Positions 1-10,866 of a DNA stretch of 64,000 nucleotides are shown in pieces (the first letter of the stretch is position 1; every line of letters begins with the position of its first letter). The notes beneath the pieces were generated by a model. The model saw only the letters and a program-made list of their open reading frames with translations, was not told the origin of the DNA and made no database searches. Both the position numbers and the translations under genes were made by a program. This stretch comes from Promethearchaeota archaeon (GTDB taxonomy: Archaea; Asgardarchaeota; Lokiarchaeia; Sigyniarchaeales; SOKP01), in assembly GCA_048939995.1 (NCBI GenBank), contig JBHLOY010000004.1, positions 32,001-96,000 on the forward strand, given 5' to 3'.

Positions 1-52
1 CATCTATATGAATGATGAGAATTAAAATAGATAATAAATAATAAAAAGAGAT

Positions 53-1849
53 TTAGATTAATTTTTCTAATTGGTTTACAAATTCTTCATATTGCTTAAT
101 ACCAAGCTCCCAAAATTCTGCTTTTGTGATATCTAGCCCAACAATTTTTCCTAAATCTACAGAGGACAAGCTACCACCTGCACTTAATAACTTTTTAAAC
201 TTCGGAATAAAGGCTTTTCCTTCTGCTTTATATTTTTGATAGAGCGCATACACAAATAGTTGAGCGTAGACATACGGATAATTATAAAACCTGAGTCCTA
301 TTCTAAAATAGTGTGGTTTCATTGTCCATTCCCAAATAAGTTCATCGAAAAAATCAACAGCCTCTCCATATATCATATCTCGCCCGGCAACCCAGTGTTT
401 AGCTATAGTTTGGCCATCTAAATATTCATTTTTTTTGATTGCATCATATAGATTTTGTTCGAACCAATATCTTGCGCTTACTTGAAAGACTGCCATGCCT
501 GCCTCATCAAGTACGTTTGCCAAAATCGTTCGCTTAATGACATCCGATTCAGATTTTTCTAATAATAAATCTGTTAATAATAATTCACCAAAAATGGATG
601 CACACTCAGCAACAGTATATCCCGGATGAATATTGAAATAAGTTTGAGCTTTCATAGCTAGATAATCATGAATTGCATGGCCTAACTCATGAGCTAATGT
701 GAAAATTTCCCTTAATTGACCAGTATAGTTCATAAGAATAAATGCGGATTTCCCATTAAACCATGAAGTACAATATGCTCCGTTTCTCTTTCCATCTCGA
801 GTACTAGCATCAATATGGTTCATGTTAAACATATCCCTAACATAACCAGCAAACTCTTCATCAAACTTATTATAAGCTTCAATTACTAGATTTTTAGTTT
901 CTTGCCAGCTATATTTCTTTTCTGGTGCTTCTAGTAATGGTGCTAAAACATCAGCATAGTTTAGTTTTGGTAATTTAAGGAGTTTAGCCTTTAATTTCAT
1001 ATATCTTCTATATACATTTGCGTTCTTTTCAATAGTTTTCATTAAATTTTCTATTATTTCTTGGGATGTGTCGTTTGTAATAAGGCTATCGTGTAAAGCA
1101 TTATCGTACTTTCTTCTATTAACGATTTTCATCCAATCTCCACATATATTTCTCAAAGCTGTTGAAAATATATATTCATCCTTCCCTAGCTTGCTATAGA
1201 TTGATCTCTGAGCAGATATTCTCGTATCTCGGTCTGGATGGCTTAATAAACTATTTGCATCATTATATGATAATATTTTGGCTTCTCCCATTACCTTTAC
1301 TTTAAATTTTCTCGTATTCAACCATTTAGCTTGCAATTGACTCCATTGAATAATACCAAATTGATCCTTTTCTAAAATTAATTGTTCTTCTATTTCTGAT
1401 AATTGATGTGGTTGCTTTCTCCTAATTTTCTCCAAATAGTGTTTATAATTCTTTAATAGGTCATCATCAATTAAATCTTCATTCTGAAATACATATTTTC
1501 CTATATCTAGTTCAAGAAAAGCTAGTTTTTGAGCAAGTTCAGTACTGAATTGAACGACTTTATTTTTTAAAATTTCGGACTCTGGGATTTTCATGTTTGC
1601 ATCATATAAAATATATGAATATGTAGCTAATTCATCTAAATTTGCTTCAAACTCTTCTTGTCTTTTAAATAACGTTAGTAAATCTTTATTTGTAAATTCT
1701 GGTTTCTTTATTTTCCCTCTATAGTTTTGAACAAAACCCTCAGCTTCCTTATTTAGATTTTTTATAACGCTACCTATTTTGGTGTCATTATGACTTCTAA
1801 ATAAGCCCGTTAAATCCCATGCGATTTCTTCATTTGTCATATAAATCAA
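53..1849 (-). CDS. pepF: M3B family oligoendopeptidase F
   Basis: HELGH zinc motif (LAHELGHAIH), GKRNGAYC, AECASIFGE, PHYF...FYNYPY, N-terminal WDLTGLF. Confidence 0.93.
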   Translation of the reverse strand: MIYMTNEEIAWDLTGLFRSHNDTKIGSVIKNLNKEAEGFVQNYRGKIKKPEFTNKDLLTLFKRQEEFEANLDELATYSYILYDANMKIPESEILKNKVVQFSTELAQKLAFLELDIGKYVFQNEDLIDDDLLKNYKHYLEKIRRKQPHQLSEIEEQLILEKDQFGIIQWSQLQAKWLNTRKFKVKVMGEAKILSYNDANSLLSHPDRDTRISAQRSIYSKLGKDEYIFSTALRNICGDWMKIVNRRKYDNALHDSLITNDTSQEIIENLMKTIEKNANVYRRYMKLKAKLLKLPKLNYADVLAPLLEAPEKKYSWQETKNLVIEAYNKFDEEFAGYVRDMFNMNHIDASTRDGKRNGAYCTSWFNGKSAFILMNYTGQLREIFTLAHELGHAIHDYLAMKAQTYFNIHPGYTVAECASIFGELLLTDLLLEKSESDVIKRTILANVLDEAGMAVFQVSARYWFEQNLYDAIKKNEYLDGQTIAKHWVAGRDMIYGEAVDFFDELIWEWTMKPHYFRIGLRFYNYPYVYAQLFVYALYQKYKAEGKAFIPKFKKLLSAGGSLSSVDLGKIVGLDITKAEFWELGIKQYEEFVNQLEKLI

Positions 1850-1910
1850 ATTAATATTTTGTACTTAATCAAATTAAAAAAGAAATTAAAATCTGCTAGA
1901 AAAAATTAAA

Positions 1911-3485
1911 TTATTCATATTCAATTGTACTTGGGGGTTTGTTTGAAATATCATAAACAACCCTGTTAAAGCCTTTAACTTCATTGATAATTCGTGTGCC
2001 TATTTTTTCTAATAAATTCCAATCTAATTTCGCAAAGTTTGCGGTCATTGCATCAATAGATTCTACAGCTCTTATAGAACATATGTATTCATATGTTCGA
2101 TAATCCCCCATAATGCCAACTGTTTTAATTGGCAGTAATACACAAAAAACCTGCCAGAGTTTTTCATAGAGCGATGCTTTTTCGATTTCCTCCAATAGAA
2201 TCGCATCAGCTTCCTTTAACATTTCTAACTTTTCTTTATCTATCGGTCCAAGGCATCTAACTGCGAGTCCAGGTCCAGGAAATGGATGTCTATAGATCAA
2301 TTCTTTTGGTAATCCTAGTTCTAATCCAATTTTCCTAACCTCGTCCTTATATAAGTCCTTTAATGGTTCGATCAATTCTAATTTCATATTTTTAGGTAAT
2401 GTGACATTATGATGTGATTTAATTTTAGCAGCCGATTTACTAGTAGCAGCAGTCTCAACTCGATCGGGATAAATTGTCCCTTGAGCAAGATATTTTATAT
2501 TTGGAAAGTGCTTTTCTAATTCTAATGTTTTCTTTTCAAATACTTCTATAAATTTATGCCCTATAATTTGACGTTTTTCTTCAGGATCTTCAACATCCTT
2601 TAAATTTTCTAAAAAAATCTCTTCAGCATTTACAAAATGAAAATTTTTGAATTGTAATTGTCCTTGAAAAAGCTCTTGAACTTCTATTTCTTCATTTTTA
2701 CGTAAAAGACCATTATTTACAAAAATACAATGAAGTCTATCACCTATTGCTCTATGAATTAATGCAGCAGTAACAGACGAATCGACTCCTCCACTAAGCC
2801 CTAAAATTACCCTATATTCTTTACCTGCTTTTTTTTGAATATTTTTTATAGTTTTTGTTATCCAATCGCTTAATTCCCATTCTTTATTACATTCAGCGAC
2901 TCTAAATAAAAAATTTTCTAAAATTAATTGTCCATTAAGAGTGTGTTTCACTTCTGGATGAAATTGAAGTCCAAAAATCTTTTTTTCGTGGTTCGCATAA
3001 GCTGCGATGGGGCATGTATCTGTTTTAGCCAACACTTTAAAATTAACTGGTAACTTTATTACTTGATCTCCATGAGACATCCACACAATTTGGACATTTT
3101 TATCCAACTCACTAAAGATAAGATCATTTTCTAGAATTTCTAAGTTAGTTTTACCGTATTCTTTTTTTTCTTTAGCAATTATAGTTCCTCCTGAATTCAA
3201 TGCTATAAGATGAAATCCATAACATATACCTAATAATGGAATTTTTTTTCTTAGGATATATTGAAATACATCCTTTGAAAGCTGAGGGCTTCCTTTTTCA
3301 TAAACAGATTGAGGACCTCCAGATAAAATAATCGCATTAGGATTTATCTTTTTTATACTTTCTACATTAATATAAAAAGGATAGATCTCAGAATATACCC
3401 CCAATTCTCTTATCCTCCTAGCAATTAAATGGGTGTATTGACTTCCAAAATCTAATACGATTATCATTTTTGTAAATTCACACAA
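1911..3485 (-). CDS. guaA: GMP synthase (glutamine-hydrolysing), fused GATase + ATPPase
   Basis: LDFGSQY, GICYG, QFHPEV, LSGGVDS, IKSHHNV, HPFPGPGL, KPPSTIEYE. Confidence 0.97.
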   Translation of the reverse strand: MCEFTKMIIVLDFGSQYTHLIARRIRELGVYSEIYPFYINVESIKKINPNAIILSGGPQSVYEKGSPQLSKDVFQYILRKKIPLLGICYGFHLIALNSGGTIIAKEKKEYGKTNLEILENDLIFSELDKNVQIVWMSHGDQVIKLPVNFKVLAKTDTCPIAAYANHEKKIFGLQFHPEVKHTLNGQLILENFLFRVAECNKEWELSDWITKTIKNIQKKAGKEYRVILGLSGGVDSSVTAALIHRAIGDRLHCIFVNNGLLRKNEEIEVQELFQGQLQFKNFHFVNAEEIFLENLKDVEDPEEKRQIIGHKFIEVFEKKTLELEKHFPNIKYLAQGTIYPDRVETAATSKSAAKIKSHHNVTLPKNMKLELIEPLKDLYKDEVRKIGLELGLPKELIYRHPFPGPGLAVRCLGPIDKEKLEMLKEADAILLEEIEKASLYEKLWQVFCVLLPIKTVGIMGDYRTYEYICSIRAVESIDAMTANFAKLDWNLLEKIGTRIINEVKGFNRVVYDISNKPPSTIEYE

Positions 3486-3596
3486 TGTTGCAGTTAATTA
3501 TAAAAAGTAATTGCTTGAATTAAAATAAGTTTAGTCTATATAGATTATTATCTTCTGATAAAAAAGAGAAAATAAAAATAAAGTAAAATTAAAATA

Positions 3597-4856
3597 TCAA
3601 ATCCATCCTCGTAATTTCATGGCTTCGATAACCCTATCGATTGAAATCATATAGGCTCCCATTCGATTATGGGTGTTATATTGCTTAGCATGCTCTACAG
3701 TCGCTCTATAAGCATTTGTCATTATTCTATCTAAAGCAGCGAATACTTCTTTTTCGGTCCAAAAATACATATAATAACCTTGTACCATTTCGAAATATGA
3801 AACAGTTACCCCACCAGCATTACATAAAAAGTCAGGAATTAATAGTACGCCATTATTAAATAGAATTCTATCAGCATCGGGTGTGGTAGGGCCATTTGCT
3901 AATTCAGCTAAGATTTTAGCTTTAACATTCTTCGCATTCTTCTCAGTAATTTCGTTTTCAAGAGCTGCTGGAACTAAAATATCACATTCCAATTCAAGGA
4001 GTTCTTCATTAGTAATTTTTTTTGTTCCTTCTAGACCGACAACAGTTCTCGTCTTTTCTTTATGATTTGCAGCCATATAAGGATCGATCCCATTTTCATT
4101 ATATATTCCACCTTTGGAATCGGATACAGAAATGATTTTGCATCCAAAATCATCGTGTAGAATTTTAGCCGCCCAAGAACCTGCATTTCCATATCCCTGT
4201 ATAGCTACGCTTGCTCCATTTAACTCCAATCCAATGTCTTTAGCTGCTTCTCTAATAGTAAATACTCCTCCTTTAGCCGTTGCTATTGACCTTCCAGCAC
4301 TCCCCCCTAATGGTAAAGGTTTCCCTGTGATTACAGAAGGTGAATGTTTACGTATTATCTTTTCATACTCATCCATCATCCATGCCATAATTTGAGGATT
4401 TGTATAAACATCTGGAGCAGGTACATCAATATTAGGTCCAATAAAGTCTGCCAATTGCCTGATGTAGCTCCTAGCTAGAACTTCTAATTCCCTATTGCTC
4501 ATTCCTTTCGGATCACAAATGATGCCACCCTTAGCTCCACCAAGTGGAATATCTACACATGCTGTTTTCCACGTCATCCACGCGCTAAGAGCCTTAACCA
4601 AGGATGCACTCTCTTCAGGGTGCCATCGTATCCCTCCTTTCATTGGACCTCTTGCGGAATTATACTGACTTCGGAATCCCTTAAATGTTTTTATAGTCCC
4701 ATCGTCCATCTTAATGGTAATTTTTACTTGAACAAACCTTTCGGGTTCACTTAAAGTCTGATAGATATCGTTGCCAATCTCCTTTAATTCACATGCTTCC
4801 CTTAATTGCTTTTGAGATATAAGAAACGGGTCGAGTGTCTCACTCATTAATCTCAC
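3597..4856 (-). CDS. gdhA: Glu/Leu/Phe/Val dehydrogenase (glutamate dehydrogenase), copy 1
   Basis: [46 protein letters not shown]. Confidence 0.93.
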   Translation of the reverse strand: MRLMSETLDPFLISQKQLREACELKEIGNDIYQTLSEPERFVQVKITIKMDDGTIKTFKGFRSQYNSARGPMKGGIRWHPEESASLVKALSAWMTWKTACVDIPLGGAKGGIICDPKGMSNRELEVLARSYIRQLADFIGPNIDVPAPDVYTNPQIMAWMMDEYEKIIRKHSPSVITGKPLPLGGSAGRSIATAKGGVFTIREAAKDIGLELNGASVAIQGYGNAGSWAAKILHDDFGCKIISVSDSKGGIYNENGIDPYMAANHKEKTRTVVGLEGTKKITNEELLELECDILVPAALENEITEKNAKNVKAKILAELANGPTTPDADRILFNNGVLLIPDFLCNAGGVTVSYFEMVQGYYMYFWTEKEVFAALDRIMTNAYRATVEHAKQYNTHNRMGAYMISIDRVIEAMKLRGWI

Positions 4857-5198
4857 ATGTTTTTGAAATTTTATATTATGACGTATTTTTCAATAGTTCT
4901 ATATAATGGGGACAATTATTTAAACAATTTTCATTTAAAAGGGAAAAAGTTGGGATTTTTTTAATAATACAATTTTATCTAAAAAATAAGGAAAAGGTTT
5001 ATGATATGACTTTTATAGTGATAACAAACAGAATTAACCAAATGAGTTATAATACACTTTGTCGAGATCATCGTAATCTTTACGGCTGATTCCTTTTTCC
5101 TTTCGTTCTTTCTTCACGATTAATCTCATCTTTGGACAGAATACTTTCGAAATATGAATAACTCCACGCGTCGATAAGGAAGGTAATAACTTCAACTA

Positions 5199-5234
5199 GA
5201 AAAAAGAAAAAAAAAGATGTGACTTAGTCACATC
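5199..5234 (-). terminator. Intrinsic-type terminator of the 5233-6444 gene
   Basis: Perfect inverted repeat GATGTGACT-T-AGTCACATC (5216-5234) overlapping the stop codon, followed on the minus strand by a long T-tract. Confidence 0.7.
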
Positions 5235-6444
5235 AACGTGGTATGCCGCCATGAGGGCGTAAATAATATATTCTTGTATATGCCGCATCAAGATTCCAAA
5301 GTATTATTTCTGTTTCTAAGAAGCTAAAATCCCAATTCAAAAAATGAATCCTGTATACTTGTTCCAAAGCGACACACATTCTCACTTCCCAAATATCTCT
5401 TCTATAGGATGTTGAGGTAATAGCATATTTAGGGGAATAAAGGGTAAATCGAGTAATACTTGCAACTAGAAGATAATATATGATTCTTGAGTTTTCAGAA
5501 TATGGCCAGTCATAGATCATTAAGTAATCAACATGAGTGCCTCTATCATAACCATAATCAAAAATCCAGTTGCCAACTGTATTTTGGAAAAAGTCAATAA
5601 AATGATTTAGATTCACATAATACATATATAATTCAAAAAGAAAATTTAGAACAGCGCCAATGGGGGGATGTCCAAGTAGAATCTCCATTGCAGCATGTAT
5701 AGCAAGCCTTGCTGAAGATTCTAATAGAAATTCTTCATTATAATATTGATTTAGAAAGACATTGTAAATATCAATATATCCTTTACCGGGTTCATCATAA
5801 GATCCTATAGCAGCAAGAGTGAGAAATAGAGAATGTTGAGGATTAGTTAATAGTTTACTATTTTTCTCTATTAGCGTTAAAGAATCTTCAAAGAGCTTCT
5901 CTTCATTTAAATAAAGAGATAGTGTCAATAAAGTGAAATCTACTCCAATGCGATAATCTGCTTTACTAATGAACGGAGCAATAATATTGTCTAACGCTCG
6001 GACATCATGTTGGTAAATTGATAGACCTGAGCATGTAGGTAGAATTATTAACTTATCATTGTATTTTGATGTTACATCAACTAGGTTATTCCAAGAAATT
6101 GCTGCATTATGAATTAGAAGAGATTCTTCATTACTGTGTCCAAAGAGGATAATATAGTTATGTGGATTGCAATCCAAAAGTACATCAAGAGAATTTAAAT
6201 CATCAATGACCTTGGTTTCGACATCTGCGTAATCTTGTAGCTTATTCTCCAATAAATTAATGCCACTTTTAATGATATTATCATCATCCAGAGCATAGAT
6301 TGTTATTCCAGTATCTAATAGCTCTTCAGTGTTATTTTTGGGATTATATATTTGTACACTACAAAAAGTTACAAAGCTAAAAGAAGAACATAGAAAAACG
6401 ACAAAAAAGATCAAAATTTGCTTTTTATAATGATACATTTTCAT
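5233..6444 (-). CDS. Putative secreted protein with caspase/CHAT-like (clan CD) His-Cys domain
   Basis: Basic + hydrophobic N-terminal signal; YIILFGHS...LIILPTCSG strand-His/strand-Cys pattern; function inferred. Confidence 0.5.
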   Translation of the reverse strand: MKMYHYKKQILIFFVVFLCSSFSFVTFCSVQIYNPKNNTEELLDTGITIYALDDDNIIKSGINLLENKLQDYADVETKVIDDLNSLDVLLDCNPHNYIILFGHSNEESLLIHNAAISWNNLVDVTSKYNDKLIILPTCSGLSIYQHDVRALDNIIAPFISKADYRIGVDFTLLTLSLYLNEEKLFEDSLTLIEKNSKLLTNPQHSLFLTLAAIGSYDEPGKGYIDIYNVFLNQYYNEEFLLESSARLAIHAAMEILLGHPPIGAVLNFLFELYMYYVNLNHFIDFFQNTVGNWIFDYGYDRGTHVDYLMIYDWPYSENSRIIYYLLVASITRFTLYSPKYAITSTSYRRDIWEVRMCVALEQVYRIHFLNWDFSFLETEIILWNLDAAYTRIYYLRPHGGIPR

Positions 6445-6692
6445 TTTAATCAGATTTCTTTTTGTATTATATTAAGTGAATCACCCATTTATATGTAATC
6501 CCTATCAATAAATTTCGGGATTAGAGCCCATATGAAACAGAGTATCCACTGGTAATTTTACTTGCTCAATATTTTTATGAAATTTAGAATCCGTAACTTT
6601 TATATTCTATGCTTTTCTTAAATTTAAATTATACTTTCTTTAATTATTTTCAATAAAAATATATCACGTAATTTTTAAACAATTGGTTATTA

Positions 6693-7949
6693 ATGCCAGA
6701 TGAGATAAACCCTTTTGATGTAGCTAAAAAACAAATTGATATTGTTGCTAAGGAAATGGGATTACACCCGAATATTGCCGAATATCTTAAGAGAGTTGAG
6801 CGCTCTTTAATTGTTTCAATTCCAATCATAATGGATGATGGTTCATTGAAAATCTTTGAAGGTTACCGAGTACATCATTCTACTGTTCGAGGTCCTGGAA
6901 AAGGAGGAATTAGATATTCACCAAATGTTTATCTAGATGAAGTCAAAGCACTAGCTACCTGGATGACATTTAAAACTAGCCTATTAAATTTACCACTTGG
7001 AGGAGCTAAAGGAGGTGTTTGTGTAGATTCACGGAAGTTATCACCAATAGAATTAGAAAGGTTAACCCGAAGATATACTGCAGAAATAATAAACATGATA
7101 GGCCCTGATATGGATATCCCTGCTCCAGATATAGCGACAGATCGCAGAATAATGGCATGGATTATGGATACTTATTCAATGCAGAAAGGCAGATCAATAC
7201 CTGGTGTAGTAACAGGGAAACCGATCGAAATTGGAGGATCTGTGGGGAGGGAATCCGCAACCGGTATGGGTCTTTATTTTGTGTTGCATGGAATATGCGA
7301 AAAATTACACTATGATCACAAACAATTAAGCTATATTGTGCAAGGATTTGGAAACGTGGGGGGCACGATTGCAAAATTACTTTATGATGATGGGTGTAAA
7401 GTTTTAGCTGTATCAGATGTTTCAACTGGCTTATATTATGAAGAGGGGTTAGAAATCCCTAAACTTTTAGAATGGGTGAATCATGGTAACTATTTAGAGA
7501 ATTATAAAGATAGCAAATATAAATTCATTACAAATGAAGAACTTCTTACTAGTAAATGTGATGTGTTAATCCCTGCAGCTATTGAGAATCAAATAACTGA
7601 AATAAATGCTGATAAATTAAACTGTAAAATAATTTTGGAAGGGGCAAATGGTCCTACTACCCCAGAAGCTGATAAAATCCTATTCAAAAAAGGAATCCAT
7701 GTATTACCCGATATTTTAGCTAATAGCGGAGGCGTTTGTGTTTCATACTTTGAATATTTACAGGATATCCACTCCTACTTCTGGAAATTAGATCGCATTA
7801 ATAAGGAATTAAAGAGAATTATATTAGATGCTTTTGAGGAAACTTATAAAATTTCTCAAGAAAGGAAGATTCAACTTCGCACAGCAGCTTATATTATAGC
7901 TGTGGGTAGGCTTGCTAAAGCCATAGAGCTAAGAGGCTTCTTCCCATAA
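6693..7949 (+). CDS. gdhA: Glutamate dehydrogenase, copy 2
   Basis: GPGKGGIRY, GGAKGG, IPAPDI, GFGNVG, EGANGP, NSGGVCVSYFE. Confidence 0.93.
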   Translation: MPDEINPFDVAKKQIDIVAKEMGLHPNIAEYLKRVERSLIVSIPIIMDDGSLKIFEGYRVHHSTVRGPGKGGIRYSPNVYLDEVKALATWMTFKTSLLNLPLGGAKGGVCVDSRKLSPIELERLTRRYTAEIINMIGPDMDIPAPDIATDRRIMAWIMDTYSMQKGRSIPGVVTGKPIEIGGSVGRESATGMGLYFVLHGICEKLHYDHKQLSYIVQGFGNVGGTIAKLLYDDGCKVLAVSDVSTGLYYEEGLEIPKLLEWVNHGNYLENYKDSKYKFITNEELLTSKCDVLIPAAIENQITEINADKLNCKIILEGANGPTTPEADKILFKKGIHVLPDILANSGGVCVSYFEYLQDIHSYFWKLDRINKELKRIILDAFEETYKISQERKIQLRTAAYIIAVGRLAKAIELRGFFP

Positions 7950-7953
7950 CAAG

Positions 7954-9273
7954 TTATCCTGAAAAGGGAATCAGTATCACCAGATACAACATTGCGATTA
8001 TTAAATGGATTGTAGCAAAAATTGCCCCCATTTTTAGTAATCGTTTATAATTAAGATTTTCCACACCACTGTCTCTAGCTACCTTTAGAGTCATCATATC
8101 TGCTGCGGCTCCTTGTGGAATAAAATTTCCTCCAAGATTGATTGCAACAATTAATGAAAATATGAGAGGAATAAATGGGAAAGAAAAGTCGCTTATTAAG
8201 GTATTCACGATGGGAATAAAAATTAAGGCTGTAGGGGTATTAGCTACAAATCCCGAGATTAAGCTAATTCCAATAAGCAGTAAAAATGACAATAGTATTG
8301 GATTTACAACCGCAAAAGGAATTAATTGAAAAATTTCGCCAAATCCCGCTTCTATAAGAGAACCAACGATGATATATAAAGAAATGAAGAAAAAAATAAT
8401 TTCCCACTCGATATCTCTAAGTAGTTCTCCCATTGGTTTTTTTGTGAACTTTTTGTTTACAATCACAAGTATTAATGCCGCAGTTATAGCTGTTAAATAG
8501 AGGAGAGGTAAAATAGCAAATAAGGATATTGTTACAATTATTGCAATACTATTAAAATAAAAATATTTTTTATTTTTTATCATAATATCAGCATCTACTA
8601 ATTCTAATACAAATTGCTTCTGTTGTTCTTCGATTTTTGGCTCTTTAGATAGTAGAAACCGGTCAATTAGAAAGATGGTTAAAAATAATAATAAAAAAGA
8701 AAATATCCAATAATATTGAATAAAGTATAAAGTGTTCAATTCAGGCACTATTGAAGCCCAATCTCCATAGGTGGTTATAATGATATTTTCTCCACTTGAA
8801 AAGGGAGTAATCATCGAGCCAATATTTATGCATATAGTCATCCCCAATAAATAAGTTCCTGCTCTTATTTTTAGAAAATGACATAACCTGACTACAACTG
8901 GAGCTAAAATTAAAACTACAACCACATCAGTGATAATAGCTGCTAATAAAGTAGTTATAACACAAAGAAGATATAAGAATATTCTCTGGTTTCCTTTAGA
9001 AAGTTTAAATAATTTTACCGCTACAAATTCTAGAATATTTGAATCTTGAGCGACTTTAGTAATTAAACTCATACTGAGAATAATAATAATGGCTTCCCAT
9101 TCGATCATCTGAATAAATTCTGTAAATTGAATCTTTAGAGCTACAAAAGTAATTGTTGCACCAGTGAACATGCATAATAAAGAAATAGCAACAAAATCAG
9201 CATTTTTAATTGAGTAACTTAAGATGATTAAGATAAAAAGTACAAATAGAATAATTAGAACTGGAATATTCAT
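7954..9273 (-). CDS. ArsB/NhaD/SLC13 (ion transporter superfamily) permease
   Basis: About 11-12 hydrophobic segments; NIGSMITPFSSGENII, SGFVANTP, NLGGNFIPQGAAA. Confidence 0.8.
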   Translation of the reverse strand: MNIPVLIILFVLFILIILSYSIKNADFVAISLLCMFTGATITFVALKIQFTEFIQMIEWEAIIIILSMSLITKVAQDSNILEFVAVKLFKLSKGNQRIFLYLLCVITTLLAAIITDVVVVLILAPVVVRLCHFLKIRAGTYLLGMTICINIGSMITPFSSGENIIITTYGDWASIVPELNTLYFIQYYWIFSFLLLFLTIFLIDRFLLSKEPKIEEQQKQFVLELVDADIMIKNKKYFYFNSIAIIVTISLFAILPLLYLTAITAALILVIVNKKFTKKPMGELLRDIEWEIIFFFISLYIIVGSLIEAGFGEIFQLIPFAVVNPILLSFLLLIGISLISGFVANTPTALIFIPIVNTLISDFSFPFIPLIFSLIVAINLGGNFIPQGAAADMMTLKVARDSGVENLNYKRLLKMGAIFATIHLIIAMLYLVILIPFSG

Positions 9274-9348
9274 CTAAACAACTACAATAGAGATGAGATC
9301 ACTAATAATAATGTAAATAAATTGTTTTTAATAAATCTTGATAAATTC

Positions 9349-10197
9349 TTATTTATTTAATAAAAACAGTTGCAAAAGAAATTTAAACAGATTTAATTCG
9401 TTCAGTAATGATAAATTTGATACTAAATATTCAAAAATGTTTTCCTCTATAAAATAATTTAAGCATTTTTGGTAGCCTACCTCAGATTTAATCATATCTA
9501 TAATTCTTCTGATTAAATTCACAATCTGCTTCTCAACTATAATCATATCCACATTTTTTGGATCTATACTAATAATATTAATCCCCGTAGCTCTGTTAAA
9601 TGAAAATTTACTTAATTCTGGGTGCTGTTGTACATAATCATGACTTAAATAATTGTTGAACATACTTTCGATACGTTCATAAACCCTTTCTTTACTGTCA
9701 TGTTGAAAATGTCCTTCAATAACATTAATTAATAAATTTAAAATTTGTTGGAATACACCCAGTATATCAAAATACTCTGCCAAAGTGCTAATGTTTTCAG
9801 CTGTCAGCCATTGGGAGTAGTATTCATCAATTACATCTTTAAAAGGATTAAAAAGATCAGTATTTCCTTTCCATAACCCTTTCCATTCTTCTTTATTTTG
9901 TGCATATTGTTGTATAAAAGTCAACTTAATTATGTTCAATCTTGCTTTCAGAATGTCAGCATTGACATTTTTTTCAGCAGCAGCAATGAACAATAAGTTT
10001 AACTCTTTATCTTCTAAATATACCCATCTTAAACCAGACATATCAATGCTTTCAATATCTTGTTTTAATTCAAATACGGTAAATTGATTGATTGCTGTCA
10101 ATAAACCTGAAATCAAATCTTCGTTTAGAGCTAAATCTAAATAAGGTTTATATAACAAAGTTATTCCAGAATGCGAATCTAAAATCCAGATATTCAT
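9349..10197 (-). CDS. Longin-like domain protein (Asgard type)
   Basis: N-terminal IWILD..SGITLL...EDLISGLLTAINQF...IESIDM...LLFIAA pattern typical of longin/sensor-like folds. Confidence 0.6.
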   Translation of the reverse strand: MNIWILDSHSGITLLYKPYLDLALNEDLISGLLTAINQFTVFELKQDIESIDMSGLRWVYLEDKELNLLFIAAAEKNVNADILKARLNIIKLTFIQQYAQNKEEWKGLWKGNTDLFNPFKDVIDEYYSQWLTAENISTLAEYFDILGVFQQILNLLINVIEGHFQHDSKERVYERIESMFNNYLSHDYVQQHPELSKFSFNRATGINIISIDPKNVDMIIVEKQIVNLIRRIIDMIKSEVGYQKCLNYFIEENIFEYLVSNLSLLNELNLFKFLLQLFLLNK

Positions 10198-10287
10198 TTT
10201 GTTTTAACCCAAAATTATTAGATCATATTTCTAAGTAAAATATAAACGTTCTTTAATAAATTTCTTTGGTAAATGCAAATTTTCTCA

Positions 10288-10773
10288 TCATAATAGTTCT
10301 TCTAGATTTTTAGTTTTACAAAATTTCTCCAGATTTCTTAACATGTCTGTTAATTTCATCTGTAAAATAAGATCAGCAGCTCCACCAATTAAATTAAGGA
10401 AATCACTACTTAAAACGAAGTTTTCGATAAATACTCCCACTTTAGATTTATTAGAATTCAATTCTTTAATTCTTAATCTTCCTTCTAATTCTCTTACGTC
10501 TTTATTATTCCTTACGTTGAATTCAATTAATCTTCCTTTGTCTTTTTCCTCCCCTTTATCAACCAAAACTAATTCTCCTTCCATTTCTATTGGAACTTTA
10601 ATAATGTTAACTTCGTCATATACTTTAGTAAAAAGAACATTAGGAGCGATGAACTGGGCTTCTAACTTTTTGGTGGGTTTAATTTCTTCCCAAAATTTAG
10701 GTGAGTAAATTGCTTTTAATAAACTAGCTTTATTGCAATTGTCAATTTCTAAAATTTTCGAGATTTTAGTCAT
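10288..10773 (-). CDS. SRPBCC/START-like (CoxG-like) protein
   Basis: 161 aa, strand-helix-helix-multiple strands-long C-terminal helix (KLTDMLRNLEKFC). Confidence 0.5.
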   Translation of the reverse strand: MTKISKILEIDNCNKASLLKAIYSPKFWEEIKPTKKLEAQFIAPNVLFTKVYDEVNIIKVPIEMEGELVLVDKGEEKDKGRLIEFNVRNNKDVRELEGRLRIKELNSNKSKVGVFIENFVLSSDFLNLIGGAADLILQMKLTDMLRNLEKFCKTKNLEELL

Positions 10774-10866
10774 ATTGTCCTATCTCTCTATTTTATATAT
10801 TAAGTAAATAGTAATTTAGAAAGTTTATAATTATTTATCATTATATATCAAGAAAGACTCTAAAAA

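Noticed and set aside
5042-5161. Plus-strand ORF MSYNTLCRDHRNLYG-TGA-FLFP... as a second selenopeptide
   Set aside because: No redox motif and no SECIS-like hairpin after it
5030-5200. Integron attC site, SECIS or hammerhead reading of the structured element
   Set aside because: No proper RYYYAAC/GTTRRRY ends; the AUGA is Watson-Crick paired; no CUGANGA core
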